64,000 nt of DNA from Alphaproteobacteria bacterium (GTDB taxonomy: Bacteria; Pseudomonadota; Alphaproteobacteria; GCA-2731375): NCBI GenBank assembly GCA_965225945.1, contig CBDDBZ010000024.1, positions 75,672 through 139,671 on the forward strand, written 5' to 3'. A model generated the notes under the pieces. It worked only from the letters and a program-made list of their open reading frames with translations. It was not told where the DNA came from and did no database searches. Positions 32,835 through 43,278 of the stretch are shown piece after piece (position 1 is the stretch's first letter; every line of letters starts with the position of its first letter). The translations under genes and the position numbers were made by a program.

Positions 32835-34037
32835 TTCCGACGTAGTCTTCCCGTACGCGACGTTCGCCTTCTCCCCAAGCTCATACAGGCTCAGGTCTTC
32901 TGACCGCTTCGCATGAATGCGCTGGTGTTCCGCGACCAAGATCTCGCCGCGCCGTCCCAGCAACTCGACCGATATCGCGCCGATCACATCGTCCTGGACC
33001 GTGAAGAAATCCGGTGCCGGGCGGTCATAGGCTTTCGACCAGGCATGAAAGCCCTTTATCGCGTCGATGAGTTGTACGTTGATGCGAATCCGTCCCGCGG
33101 CCTGTTGCAAGCTCCCCTCGATGACGTAGCGGACGCCAAGCTCTTCCGCGATTTGCCGGATTGGCACATTCTTGCCGCGATAGCTGAAGCTGGAGCCGCG
33201 TGAGATCACCAATATGTCCGGGTGGCGGGACAAGGCGGTTGTGAGCTGTTCAACGAAACCATCGATGAGGAATTGTCGGTCGGGAACCCCGGTCAGGTTG
33301 TCGAACGGCAGCACCGCAATCGACGGTTTGTCGGAAAGCGTGAAGGTCATTTTGGCAGGATCGGCGGGTTCGACTCGCTTGATCCATGGCTTCCACCACC
33401 AGGCCCCGCCGCCCACGACGGCGATCAGCAGGGCGATGGCGGCCGCCGAAGCTAGCAATGGAAATCGGCGTCTTTGCCCGAGGCCAACGACCTTGCCGGC
33501 GTCCTCGGGGTCGAGCAGAGCGCGATAGACACGCACCGGCTCGACGATGTTCTTGACCTGCCGCTCGCCGAGGAATTGGTAACCGACCTCCACCTTCTGC
33601 TTGAGTTGGTCGTAAGCGGTGCCGGAGATACAAATGCCCCCGGGCTCGGCCAACTCTTGCAGACGGGCGGCTATATTGACCCCGTCGCCAAATATGTCCT
33701 CGTCCTCGATGACGATATCGCCGAGGTTGACGCCGACACGGTATTGGATGCGACGATCGTCCGGCACCTCGGCTTCGCGTTCCGCCATCGCCCGCTGGAG
33801 CGCCACGGCACATTCGACGGCGTCGACGACGCTGGCGAACTCCACCAGCATGCCGTCGCCCATGAGCTTGACGATGCGTCCATGGTGCTTGGTGATCGCG
33901 GGGTCGATCAGCTCGGCTCGGTATGCCTTTTGCCGCGCGATCGTGCCGCGCTCGTCCGCCTCCATGAGCCGGGAATAGCCGACCATGTCGGCGGCAAAGA
34001 TCGCGGCAAGTCTGCGCTGTTCGCCCGGGTCGGCCAT
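32835..34037 (-). pseudogene. Adenylate/guanylate cyclase with TolB-like domain, truncated by the IS end
   Basis: RLAAIFAADMVGYS, GDG, GDGVNIAARL, TM segment, PSIAVLPF; reads into the IS right end. Confidence 0.85.
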
Positions 34038-34384
34038 GTTCCCGTCCGGCGCCAAGTCGAAAAGCCTAGCAGAGCCGGCAGGTCCCTTCCACCAAGGCGT
34101 CGAAACTCGCCGAGCCTTGGAAAGCGGGACGCCGAGCCCTAGCGAAAATGGTCGCAATGTCGCCTTCGGCGCAGCAATGCTCTGTTAGCGCCCTCCAAAG
34201 AAATGACCGGCCTGGAGGAGGCGCCGAGCGGCCGAGGGACGGGCCGGTCGCGGAACTCCCGGTCTCGGTACCGGCGACCTCGACCCCCGATCGACTCCGT
34301 TGGCCGACGGCGAGGGGCGATATGGCGGGACGGGGGTAGTGCCCGTACGGCGCCAGCCTGGCCAATTCCGTCGTTCCCAACCAC

Positions 34385-34699
34385 TATGTCACGTTCCCGA
34401 TGGTCGAGGTCGCGGTGTCGGGAGGGATGTTCGGGCGGAACCCGGCACGGATCGCTCGGCTACGTGCGCCGCCGGTGCCGGCGTGATCCTTGCCGGAGCC
34501 GGCGGGGTGAGGATAGCCACGGGGGGCGTGTGCCTTGATGACAAGAAAGCTGGCCTTGAGCACCATGAGACCGCCGTTGGAGCCGGTCCCGGAGGTAGGC
34601 GGAGTGCTCTACCTACACGCACCGACCACCAAATTGCCATGGCAAGCCGAATAAGCTAACTCAGATACCCAAAATCGACGTTCATCTGGGGAATGTCGG
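34385..34699 (+). mobile_element. IS1380-family remnant
   Basis: YVTFPMVEVAV...ARIARLRAPP* and terminal GGGGAATGTCGG. Confidence 0.6.
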
Positions 34700-34701
34700 C
34701 T

Positions 34702-34944
34702 TCAACGGCCAAAGGCGCCGCAGATGCTGATCCAGATTTCGTTGTCGATCAATTGGCGCTCGACGGCCCGCACGTAGAAGGGTGCCGCCAGTATCGCCAC
34801 GGCGAAGAGACCCAGGGCGATTGAGGTCAGGGGATGGGTGATGAACTCCCGGAAGGAGCCCACGGCCGCCTCCGGATCGGACGCGCTGGTCTCGGCGGGC
34901 GGCGGTGCCTCGGATAGATCCAGGCTGTCCAGGTCTTGTGTCAT
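34702..34944 (-). CDS. Small membrane hypothetical protein
   Basis: GAGG RBS; single TM segment. Confidence 0.55.
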   Translation of the reverse strand: MTQDLDSLDLSEAPPPAETSASDPEAAVGSFREFITHPLTSIALGLFAVAILAAPFYVRAVERQLIDNEIWISICGAFGR

Positions 34945-35270
34945 GTCGGATCCTCAGCCCCATGGATACCCGATTTCGCCGCCGTCTCCAAACGACCATG
35001 ACACGGTCTCCCTCTCTCGTTCGCCCGGGAGCCCGGCTTCCACGGCGAGAGCTTACATGATGGCGCGCCGCGCGGCCTCGCCGACATAGGTGTTTCGCGT
35101 GATGGCGCCATGGGCGATCATCGCTCCGCGTATCATCATTGGGCCACGCGCTCCCTCGATCCCGGAGTGGTAGCGCGGGCGCCCGGCATCGACAAGGGTT
35201 GGTGAGGGAAACGTGGTCGGTGTGGCGCGACGGCTCGGCGTCCGCTATATGGAGAAGTGGGAGAAATTTG

Positions 35271-35861
35271 ATGGACGCTCGCCGCCTGACCTTGGCCGTC
35301 GCCTGCCTCGCGGTGATCGCCGCGATCGCGATCAGCACGCTCTCCTTCATAGATCGGGGCGAGGGGGGCGGATCCGGCCAGGCGGCCATCGGAGGCGAGT
35401 TCACGCTCACCGATCACGCCGGCCGCCGGGTCCGCGCCAGCGATTTTCGCGGCCGCCATGTCCTGCTTTACTTCGGCTACACCCACTGCACCGACATCTG
35501 CCCGGCCGAGTTGCAGTCCATGAGCCTCGCCCTCGACGCCTTGGGCGAGCAAGCCGCGCGGGTCAAGCCGGTCTTCATCACCGTCGACCCCGAACGCGAC
35601 ACCGTGGAGGTGCTGGATGCCTATCGCCGGCACTTCCATCCCGATTTCGCGGCGTTCACCGGATCGCCGGCGGAAATTTCCGCCGCCGCCAAGGCTTACG
35701 GGGTCTATTTCGCCAAGGGGGAGGACGACGGCGAGGGCAACTATCCGATGGACCATAGCTCCATCGTCTTTCTGATGGGACCGGACGGGCGATATGTCCG
35801 CCATTTCTCCGCCAATACCCCACCCGAGACGATGGCCGCCGCGATCCGCGAGGCGCTCTAA
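35271..35861 (+). CDS. SCO1/SenC family copper chaperone
   Basis: FGYTHCTDICP, VDPERD, YPMDHS. Confidence 0.93.
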   Translation: MDARRLTLAVACLAVIAAIAISTLSFIDRGEGGGSGQAAIGGEFTLTDHAGRRVRASDFRGRHVLLYFGYTHCTDICPAELQSMSLALDALGEQAARVKPVFITVDPERDTVEVLDAYRRHFHPDFAAFTGSPAEISAAAKAYGVYFAKGEDDGEGNYPMDHSSIVFLMGPDGRYVRHFSANTPPETMAAAIREAL

Positions 35862-35954
35862 GGCGAAGTTACCCCAATGTTTGGCGGCTATCGTTTTGAC
35901 ATCGTGGTGAAAGTATCGTTCAGGCTCGGCTTGGTACTGGGAACGCCTCGATCA

Positions 35955-36075
35955 GCTGGTGCGCGCACCCGCCCTTCGTTGCGCTGGCGGATCGGGCGGA
36001 TGCGGATCTCCACGCCCTCGAGGCCGCGAAACAGCCGCTCGACCTGGGCCAGGCCCGGGTATAGCCATAAACGGA
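35955..36075 (-). pseudogene. IS1634-like transposase fragment
   Basis: LAQVERLFRGLEGVEIRIRPIRQRNEGRVRA. Confidence 0.45.
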
Positions 36076-36259
36076 TGTCAGGGCACTGCACCTGTTTCGT
36101 TCTCGATCGCCCCTTGTGCTAACGTCGTCACGGAGACAATCCATTGGGCGAGCCCGGTTACGGGGATTTCGGCGTTGCGATGCCCGATCTGCAAGTTTGC
36201 AATCGGGGAGCGACGATCCTAGTTTCGGGGTTGGAGTTCAAAGGGAGGTGATCATCAAA

Positions 36260-36604
36260 GTGAAACGATTGTTGCTGGCGTCTACCGCGACGCTGATATT
36301 CCTGCTGCCTTGGGGAGCTGCCCAGGCGTTTGAATGCCCGAAGCACTTCACCGCGGCCCAGGCCGCTATCGACAAGGTGAGCGGGGATATGAAGGGCGAT
36401 ATGTCGAAGAAGATGCGCAAGGAAGACATGGCACTCGTGCATGCTCTGCTCGACGACGCCAAATCACGACTCGCCTCGGCCAAGCACAATCACGAAAAGC
36501 CCCAAGGGGGCTTTGATCACGCCCGTTCCATCGCCAAGGCCGACGCGGCGCGAGGCTACGCCGTCGCCGCCGATATATTCCATTTCAAGCTGATGTCGAT
36601 GTAG
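36260..36604 (+). CDS. Secreted His/Met-rich helical protein, putative metal binder
   Basis: GGAGG RBS, AQA signal cleavage site, amphipathic helices with several His and Met. Confidence 0.7.
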   Translation: MKRLLLASTATLIFLLPWGAAQAFECPKHFTAAQAAIDKVSGDMKGDMSKKMRKEDMALVHALLDDAKSRLASAKHNHEKPQGGFDHARSIAKADAARGYAVAADIFHFKLMSM

Positions 36605-37298
36605 CGCAAGCCCCTCGGCGCTCGCCGGGGAGGCACGGCGATCCGTGCCTTGACCACGGGAGCGGGAGATGTCGGCACTGAAATGCTATATCACGGCGGC
36701 TCTCGGTTTCGCGTCGGTGATCGCGGCGTCTTCGTTTGTTGCGAATGCGGACACGCACTGGGCGGAGCCCCGTATTCCGGGCACGTCCGAGCAGGCCCTG
36801 GTTCTGGGCCGAGACCTCGACGGCGACGGCGATCCCGATGAAATTACGATCCGCCTGGAGGTGATCGAGGTCGCGGAAGAGGTTTATCCCGGGGAGTTCG
36901 TGAAGTTCTGGGTATTCGCCCCCGAGGGCCGGGGCATGACTCCGGTTGCCCGCGCGCCGAGTCCCACCATCCGCGTCGAACAGGGCGACCGGGTGCGCAT
37001 CATCCTCCAGAACACGCACTACTTTCCGCACACCATTCACCCCCACGGGACGATCCACCCGAATGCCATGGACGGGGTGCCCGACATCACTCAGGCGGCG
37101 GTCAAGCCCGGTGAGTCCTTTAGCTACGAGTTCACCGCGAAAAACCCCGGCACGTTCTTCTATCACTGCCACGTCCAGCCCGATGTGCACGTGCTCATGG
37201 GCCTGGTCGGAATGCTGATCATCGAGCCCAACCGGGCGAACAACATATTCACGTGAGTCGGACCCGATTTCCTTGGACACAGAATTGGCTTAATCGAA

Positions 37299-37730
37299 GT
37301 GTCCAAGGAGGACCGGAACATGACCGATAATTTTGAGAAGAAAGTTGCTGTTGATGGGCCTGTGGTAAATGCGGGCGAGCTTGGCTCGTCCACGTTTTCC
37401 CCAGGCCAGGCTTTGCCGGCAGGCCCGCTGGGACTTGGCCAGCGATGGACGGTGGCGCGCAAGCGTGAGGTCGTTCTGCGGCTTTTGCGTGACGAGCCGG
37501 TGCAACTTCTGTCGCGCCAGTTGGGCGTAGAGATCTTCCGGCTCGAGCAGTGGCGTGAGAAAGCGATCGGCGGGATCGACGCCTCGCTCAAGCAACGCAA
37601 GGGCGATCCGGTGCAGGCGGAACTGGATAGCGCCATGAAGCGGATCGGAGAGTTGACCATGCAGGTGGAACTGCTGGAGGCCAAGACGGAGACCTTCGGC
37701 CCTTTGGGGCGGCGGAGGTCGCGGCGATGA
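37299..37730 (+). CDS. IS3-like OrfA (HTH)
   Basis: RWTVARKREVVLRLL HTH region with a coiled-coil tail. Confidence 0.8.
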   Translation: MSKEDRNMTDNFEKKVAVDGPVVNAGELGSSTFSPGQALPAGPLGLGQRWTVARKREVVLRLLRDEPVQLLSRQLGVEIFRLEQWREKAIGGIDASLKQRKGDPVQAELDSAMKRIGELTMQVELLEAKTETFGPLGRRRSRR

Positions 37731-38632
37731 GTGCCGCCACCTCGCCCGGCACGGGTCTGGCCTACGGCCTGCGGCGGGTCTGCGCCGCCTGGGGCATGGC
37801 CCGCTCCTCGTTCTACGCCATGACCTCCGGCCAGCACGCCGAGCAGCCGCCGGCAAAGCGTCGGGGACCGAAGCCCGCGATCTCGGACCAGGCGCTGCTG
37901 GTGGCGATCGAAGCCGACCTGGAGGCATCGCCCTGGGAGGGCGAGGGCTACCGCAAGGTCTGGGCTCGGCTTCGGGTCTGTCGCGACATCCGGGTTGCCC
38001 GCAAACGGGTGCTCCGCCTGATGCGCGAGAACAATCTGCTCTCGCCCCATCGCTGCCGCCGCCGTGGCGGCAATCCCCATGACGGTGAGATCATCACTCA
38101 TGCCCCGAACCTCATGTGGGGCACCGATGGCGTTCGGGTGTTCACGGTGGACGACGGCTGGGGCTGGATCTTCACCGCCGTCGAGCATTGGAACGCCGAG
38201 TGTGTCGGCTGGCATGTCTGCAAGCGCGGCGACCGCTTCGCCGCCCTGCAGCCGATCTCCATGGGGCTTGCCGGGCTGTATGGCTCGACCGCGGCCGGCG
38301 CGGCTCGGGGGCTGGCCTTGCGGATGGATCACGGCTCCCAGTATCTGTCGGACCACTTCACCAACCAGATCAAGTTCTGGGGCGTCCAGCCGTCCTACGC
38401 CTTCGTCGCCGAGCCCCAGACCAACGGCGTCGCCGAGCGGTTCAATCGCACGCTGAAGGAACAGATCATCCATGGTCGCATCTACCGCAACATCGCGGAG
38501 CTGCGGGACGCCGTCCGCGACTTCGTCGAACTCTACAATGCCCAGTGGATCGTCGAAAAGAACGGCTACCTGAGCCCCGCTCAAGCTCGTCAGGCGTGGC
38601 ACGCCGCGATCTCAATCAGGCCCGCCGCGTGA
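37727..38632 (+). CDS. IS3-like OrfB DDE transposase
   Basis: GYRKV, WGTD, DHGSQY, NGVAERFNRTLKE. Confidence 0.92.
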   Translation: MSAATSPGTGLAYGLRRVCAAWGMARSSFYAMTSGQHAEQPPAKRRGPKPAISDQALLVAIEADLEASPWEGEGYRKVWARLRVCRDIRVARKRVLRLMRENNLLSPHRCRRRGGNPHDGEIITHAPNLMWGTDGVRVFTVDDGWGWIFTAVEHWNAECVGWHVCKRGDRFAALQPISMGLAGLYGSTAAGAARGLALRMDHGSQYLSDHFTNQIKFWGVQPSYAFVAEPQTNGVAERFNRTLKEQIIHGRIYRNIAELRDAVRDFVELYNAQWIVEKNGYLSPAQARQAWHAAISIRPAA

Positions 38633-39462
38633 GACAAACTTGTGTCCAAGGAACCGGGTGCGCTACAATAACATATTCACGCATCTCGTGCTCGGTGCGG
38701 GGCGCATGCCGGAGCTCGCCAAGGCCACCGTGGAGGAGGGGTACGGTCGCGAGTATTCGCTGGTGTACATGGATATCGATGCGCGGTTGAACCGCATTCC
38801 CGCCGCCTACAAGGACCCGCGCGAGATCGAGAAACGCATGCACCGGGAGTATGATTCGACCCAGCGTCGGCCGAATATCTTCCTGCTCAACGGCCGCTCG
38901 TTCCCCTTCACCCTGCGTGACACGCCGATCGAGGTGAAATCGGGCGAGCGGGTCAAGCTACGGATCCTGAATGCCGGCACCCGGCCGATCAAACTGCACA
39001 CTCACGGCCATCATCCGACGCTGACCCACCTCGACGGCTATCCGGTGCCCGCCGGCATGCGCTACACCCGCGATGTCTTCGATCTCGGCGCCGCCCAGCG
39101 GATCGACCTGGAGCTCAGGCCGGGAAGCGACGACCGCTACGCCTCGGGGCCCGGGGTGTGGATCATGCACGACCATACCGAGCATACCGTCACCAACAAG
39201 GGGATCAGCCCCGGTGGAGACATCACCGCGATCGTCTATGAGGGGTTCATGGGTGACGACGGGCTGCCAAAGGTCGCCACCAGCCTCGATCGTTTCTTCG
39301 ATCCCGAGTACTACCTCGGTCACGTCCCGGTCTTTGATCCGGCCATTTTCAACACCACGCGCGAGGACTATGAATACGGCTGGCCGGAGGAAGAGCCCCT
39401 GGGCGGCAGATTCAGCTATCCGATCCGCGCGGCCGAGTAGGAAGCGGCCGGAGGGTCTCGTC

Positions 39463-40197
39463 ATGAAGAGAAGGCTTCTCGTTGCCATCTCGGCCGTTGC
39501 TCTCGCCATGGCCGCGTCGGGCTCTGCCCGGGCGTTCACCGAGCTCGAGGCCGCCTTCGTCCCAGAGGATCCCCTCGAGCAGCACCGGATCGTGGCGAGG
39601 TCGTGCGAGCAACCGCGCGGCTTTCGCCGAATTGAAATGAAAGGAGGAACCAGGTTTGCGCGCGAAGGCGAAGTGTTCGCTTTCGAGCCCCGGGAGATTC
39701 GGGCGGGACGCTGCGAAGAGGTGGAGATCGTTCTGGAAAATACCGACACGGTGCGGCACGCCCTCATGCTGCCCGGCCTCAACCCCATGTTTGCGCTGGA
39801 GTTCACCGGGCGTGGGGTCGAGCGCCTTCGTTTCGTGACCCCCGACGAAGACGTCACCCTGAAGTTCCACTGCCATGTCCCAACCCATGAACAGTTTGGG
39901 ATGGTGGGCGAACTGATCGTGGGCAAGGGCGGCAAAGCGCCGGCGCGCGAGACAACGCCACCGGGGACCGCGCGCCTTTTCGAAGGCCTCGGCAGCGTCG
40001 TCGCCGTCGAGCGGCGCGAGAACCGCCTGGTCCTCAGCCATGGGGAGATCAAGGGCTTCATGGCGGCGATGGCGGAAATGAGCTTCATGGTCACTCCCGC
40101 CACGCTGCTTAAAGGAATCGAACCGGGCGACAAGGTGCGCTTCACCATCGACGCCGACAAACGCGCGATCGTCGACGTGGTTCCCCTCGACAGGTAA
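39463..40197 (+). CDS. Secreted cupredoxin-CusF fusion protein
   Basis: RH...HCHVPTHEQFGM type-1 Cu motif, then a CusF-like SHGEIKGFMAAM.M.F OB-fold segment. Confidence 0.8.
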   Translation: MKRRLLVAISAVALAMAASGSARAFTELEAAFVPEDPLEQHRIVARSCEQPRGFRRIEMKGGTRFAREGEVFAFEPREIRAGRCEEVEIVLENTDTVRHALMLPGLNPMFALEFTGRGVERLRFVTPDEDVTLKFHCHVPTHEQFGMVGELIVGKGGKAPARETTPPGTARLFEGLGSVVAVERRENRLVLSHGEIKGFMAAMAEMSFMVTPATLLKGIEPGDKVRFTIDADKRAIVDVVPLDR

Positions 40198-40377
40198 CTG
40201 GCCGGCGCGACTTCCGCTCGGAGTCGGCAATGATGCATTAGCATCTCATAATGGAGCGCCCCGTCCCTAGGCTAGATCCGACGTCGATGGAGGGATTACC
40301 GAATTTCGGTCCACGACGGCACAAAACGGGGGTAGACTCCCCGTCATGGCGAGACGGCGGGATCGGGTGGGGGTAAG

Positions 40378-41280
40378 ATGCGGGAAACAATTCCAAGCGG
40401 TTGGATGCTGGGCGCGGAGGTTCGGGGCATCGATCTGGCCGCGCCGCTAGCGGGCGACGACGTAGCCTACATCGAGTCGGCTTGGCACGATCATCTCGTT
40501 GTGTTGTTTCGTGAGCAGAAAATCGGCGACGAAGACTTGTTGGCAATGGCCGAAGCCTTTGGCGGCGCGCAGGCTACCGAGTCACGATCTTATTACCTCG
40601 AGGCCGGCTATACGGAAAAGTCCGCGCGTCTATCGGCGCTTCCCGGCATTTCAATCGTTTCCAATCTGGACGAAAACGGCCAGCCCGTCGCGCTCCACGC
40701 CGGTAGCGGCAGTCAACCGCTCAAATGGCACAGCGACAATTCCTATGTGGACAATCCGCCAAAAGGCAGCATTCTGCACGCGCTTCGGGTTCCGCTGAAC
40801 GGTGGCGGCCGGACCTCGTTCGCCAACCAATATGCGGCCTACAATTCGCTTCCCGAAGCGACCAAGGCGCGCCTTTCCGGCCTGCATGTCAAACACGATA
40901 CCAGCCGCAACACGGCCGGCGGCCAGCGCCCTTCGCGCACGCTTCCGACGACGCGCGAGGAGGTGATCGGGCCAATCCATCCCCTGCTCCGCATCCATCC
41001 CGTGACGGGCAAGACCGCGCTCTACCTCGGCCGCCGCTATGCGCCGCCATCGAGTCATATCGTCGAACTCGGGGAGGCGGAAAGCGAAGCCCTGCTGGAC
41101 GAGCTTTGGGCATTGGCCTCGGCAGAAGCGCTCACCTGGACGCACGGGGATTGGCGGGCGGGCGATGTGTTGATGTGGGATAATCGCTGCACGCTCCATG
41201 CCCGCGGTCCCATCGACCCGACCCAGGCGCGCGAAATGCATCGCACGCTCGTCAAGGGCGAGCCGGTAATCGCTGGTTAG
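40378..41280 (+). CDS. TauD/TfdA family dioxygenase
   Basis: WHSD, HPLLRIHPVTG, WDNRCTLH. Confidence 0.9.
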   Translation: MRETIPSGWMLGAEVRGIDLAAPLAGDDVAYIESAWHDHLVVLFREQKIGDEDLLAMAEAFGGAQATESRSYYLEAGYTEKSARLSALPGISIVSNLDENGQPVALHAGSGSQPLKWHSDNSYVDNPPKGSILHALRVPLNGGGRTSFANQYAAYNSLPEATKARLSGLHVKHDTSRNTAGGQRPSRTLPTTREEVIGPIHPLLRIHPVTGKTALYLGRRYAPPSSHIVELGEAESEALLDELWALASAEALTWTHGDWRAGDVLMWDNRCTLHARGPIDPTQAREMHRTLVKGEPVIAG

Positions 41281-41344
41281 ACGATCGTGAAAATGTCCCT
41301 CGACTTCGCCTCGGATCACTTTTCGGGGTCGGGAAAAAGCCCCT

Positions 41345-41425
41345 CGGCTTCGCCTCTGTATCCTTTTTCCGGCTTCGCCTCTGTATCCTTTTTCCGGCTT
41401 CGCCTCTGTATCCTTTTTCCGGCTT
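41345..41425. repeat. 25-bp tandem repeat, 3.2 copies
   Basis: CGGCTTCGCCTCTGTATCCTTTTTC three times plus CGGCTT. Confidence 0.95.
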
Positions 41426-41580
41426 TGATTCGGCCAATTCCGCCCTCGGGGCGATACGGCGAGCGGATTTTTCGTTTTTGACAAAGAGATGAAAATGCGG
41501 CGCCGGGCCGCCTCTAGCACGCCCTGCTCGCCGCTGCGTGCCGCCCAGAATGACGGATCAGATCAATTCATCTCAATTGC

Positions 41581-42510
41581 CATGGTACACGACGGCATTT
41601 ACGTAGGACGTTGAAAAAAATTCCCGATTCACTCCACGACGAGTCAAGAGGGAAATCATGCGAGACAACCCGATCAACGCCCTGCGTGAGACGCTACGAT
41701 GCGGCTTCGCCTTTCGCAAGAGCCGTCTGGAGAGCCTTTGCGTCTTGGTCTTCGGCGTGTTCGTCGCCCGGACGGTGAACCTCTCTCACTTGGCCTGCCA
41801 CTTTCCGGGGCGCGCGCGATCCAGCTCCAACTATCGGCGCCTGCAACGGTTTTTCGAGCAAGTCGATTTCGATTACGATCGCCTCGCCGAGTTCCTGGTC
41901 GCGATGATGGGGCTCCAGGCGGGGCCGTGGCGGCTGACCATGGACCGGACCAACTGGCGGCTGGGTCGCCGCGACGTCAACATCTTGATGATCGGCATCG
42001 TCAACCGCGCCATCGCCATTCCCGTGTGCTGGCGGGTGCTCGACAAGGCGGGCAATTCCAATACCAAGGAGCGGATCGCGATCCTCGAACACGTCCTCCG
42101 GCTCTTCGGGGTCGACAAGATCGCCAGCCTCCTGGCCGACCGGGAATTCATCGGCGACGCCTGGCTGGCATGGTTGCAGGAAAAGGCCATCCCCTTTCAC
42201 ATCCGCATCCGATCCAACATCAAGATCGCCAACACGCGTGGTCGCATGGTCAAGGCGAGGGAGCTGTTTCGCGACCTCAAACCCGGGGAAAGCCGCATCC
42301 TCTCCAACGCCAGGCGCCTCTCGGAGGCCAGAAAACCCAAGGCCAGGCCCGTCTTCGTCGCCGCGCTCCATCTCAAGACCGGCGAACTGTTGATCGTCGT
42401 GACCAACGACGCGCCCGAGGAGGCCTTGGCCATCTACGCCCAGCGCTGGCAAATCGAGACCCTCTTCGCCGCCTTGAAAACCCGTGGCTTCAACCTCGAA
42501 GACACCCACA
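41581..42510 (+). mobile_element. IS4-family element, right end missing (transposase from 41658, truncated)
   Basis: MDRTNW, LADREF, YAQRWQIETLFAALK; flanked by TCAATTGC direct repeats. Confidence 0.8.
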
Positions 42511-42956
42511 TCAATTGCACTATTTTTTGTCTTTCGGCTCGTCCGCGTCTTCCGCAACGTCGGCGGCCTCCGTGTCATCCGCCTATTTTTTGTTTTCGCT
42601 TCGCCCGCCTCATCCTCCTCGGCCTTCTCCGACTCGTCGCTCAGCTGTTTGCTCTCTCCTTCCGCCGTCGCTTTTTCGTGCGGCTCGTCGGGCCATGGCG
42701 CAAAGGGGAACGGCTTTTCTTCCGTGGCGAAGGTCAAATAGATTATGATCTGCTGGAGGTAGCGGGCCAGATTGCGGCCGAAGCGGGCCAACCGGTCGTT
42801 CGGGTGGCCGGAAAACAGGCTGGCGAAAAACTGGAACACGACGACAGCGAAGGTGACGACCCCCGCCACATCGAGAGCCACGGTCAAAACGATCATGAAG
42901 AACAGGCGGAGCCAGATTTCGCGGCGTCTGATGTTTTCCTTTGTGGTCCCACTCAT
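42511..42956 (-). CDS. DUF4389-like membrane protein, stop codon displaced by IS4
   Basis: IWLRLFFM, VVFQF, YLTFATEEKPFPFAPWP; empty site would end SAIEMN*. Confidence 0.75.
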
Positions 42957-43278
42957 TCCGCTTCCCCCATCGTCCTTTTCATCCGCGACCGCGTTCATCG
43001 GCGTCGACTCCATGTTAGCTGACATTCCACGCCACGCCATCCCAACGCCATCTTTTGGTCGCATGCGCAAGCGGCGATGGCGTTCCACGAACTCGCTCGC
43101 CCGGCCGAGGCCGAGTCTGGGCTCGAGGCAGCGCCAGAAATGCAACCTGATCTGTCGCCGAGCACGGTCACGACGATGCTGCCTCCGGCGCAGGGCGATT
43201 TCCGTGATTGCCCGGTCACGGCGCTGCGTCGGCTTCGTCACCGACATCTAACCGATCCGGGCAGCCGGTCCCCTCGGG

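Larger units (their letters stand above)
37254..38667 (+). mobile_element. IS3-like element
   Basis: TG...CA ends with CCTTGGACACA / TGTGTCCAAGG IRs; orfA/orfB; flanking direct repeat AACATATTCACG. Confidence 0.88.
36669..39440 (+). pseudogene. Two-domain multicopper oxidase interrupted by the IS3-like element
   Basis: HTIHPHG and YHCHV...H..M before the IS; HTHGH and HDH after it; joins as NNIFT|HLVLG. Confidence 0.88.

Noticed and set aside
41345-41425. Possible CRISPR array
   Set aside because: Units are directly adjacent with no spacers, and no cas genes are present.
41658-43247. 454-aa and 517-aa ORFs as novel fusion proteins
   Set aside because: Read-through artefacts of the truncated IS4 meeting the DUF4389 gene.
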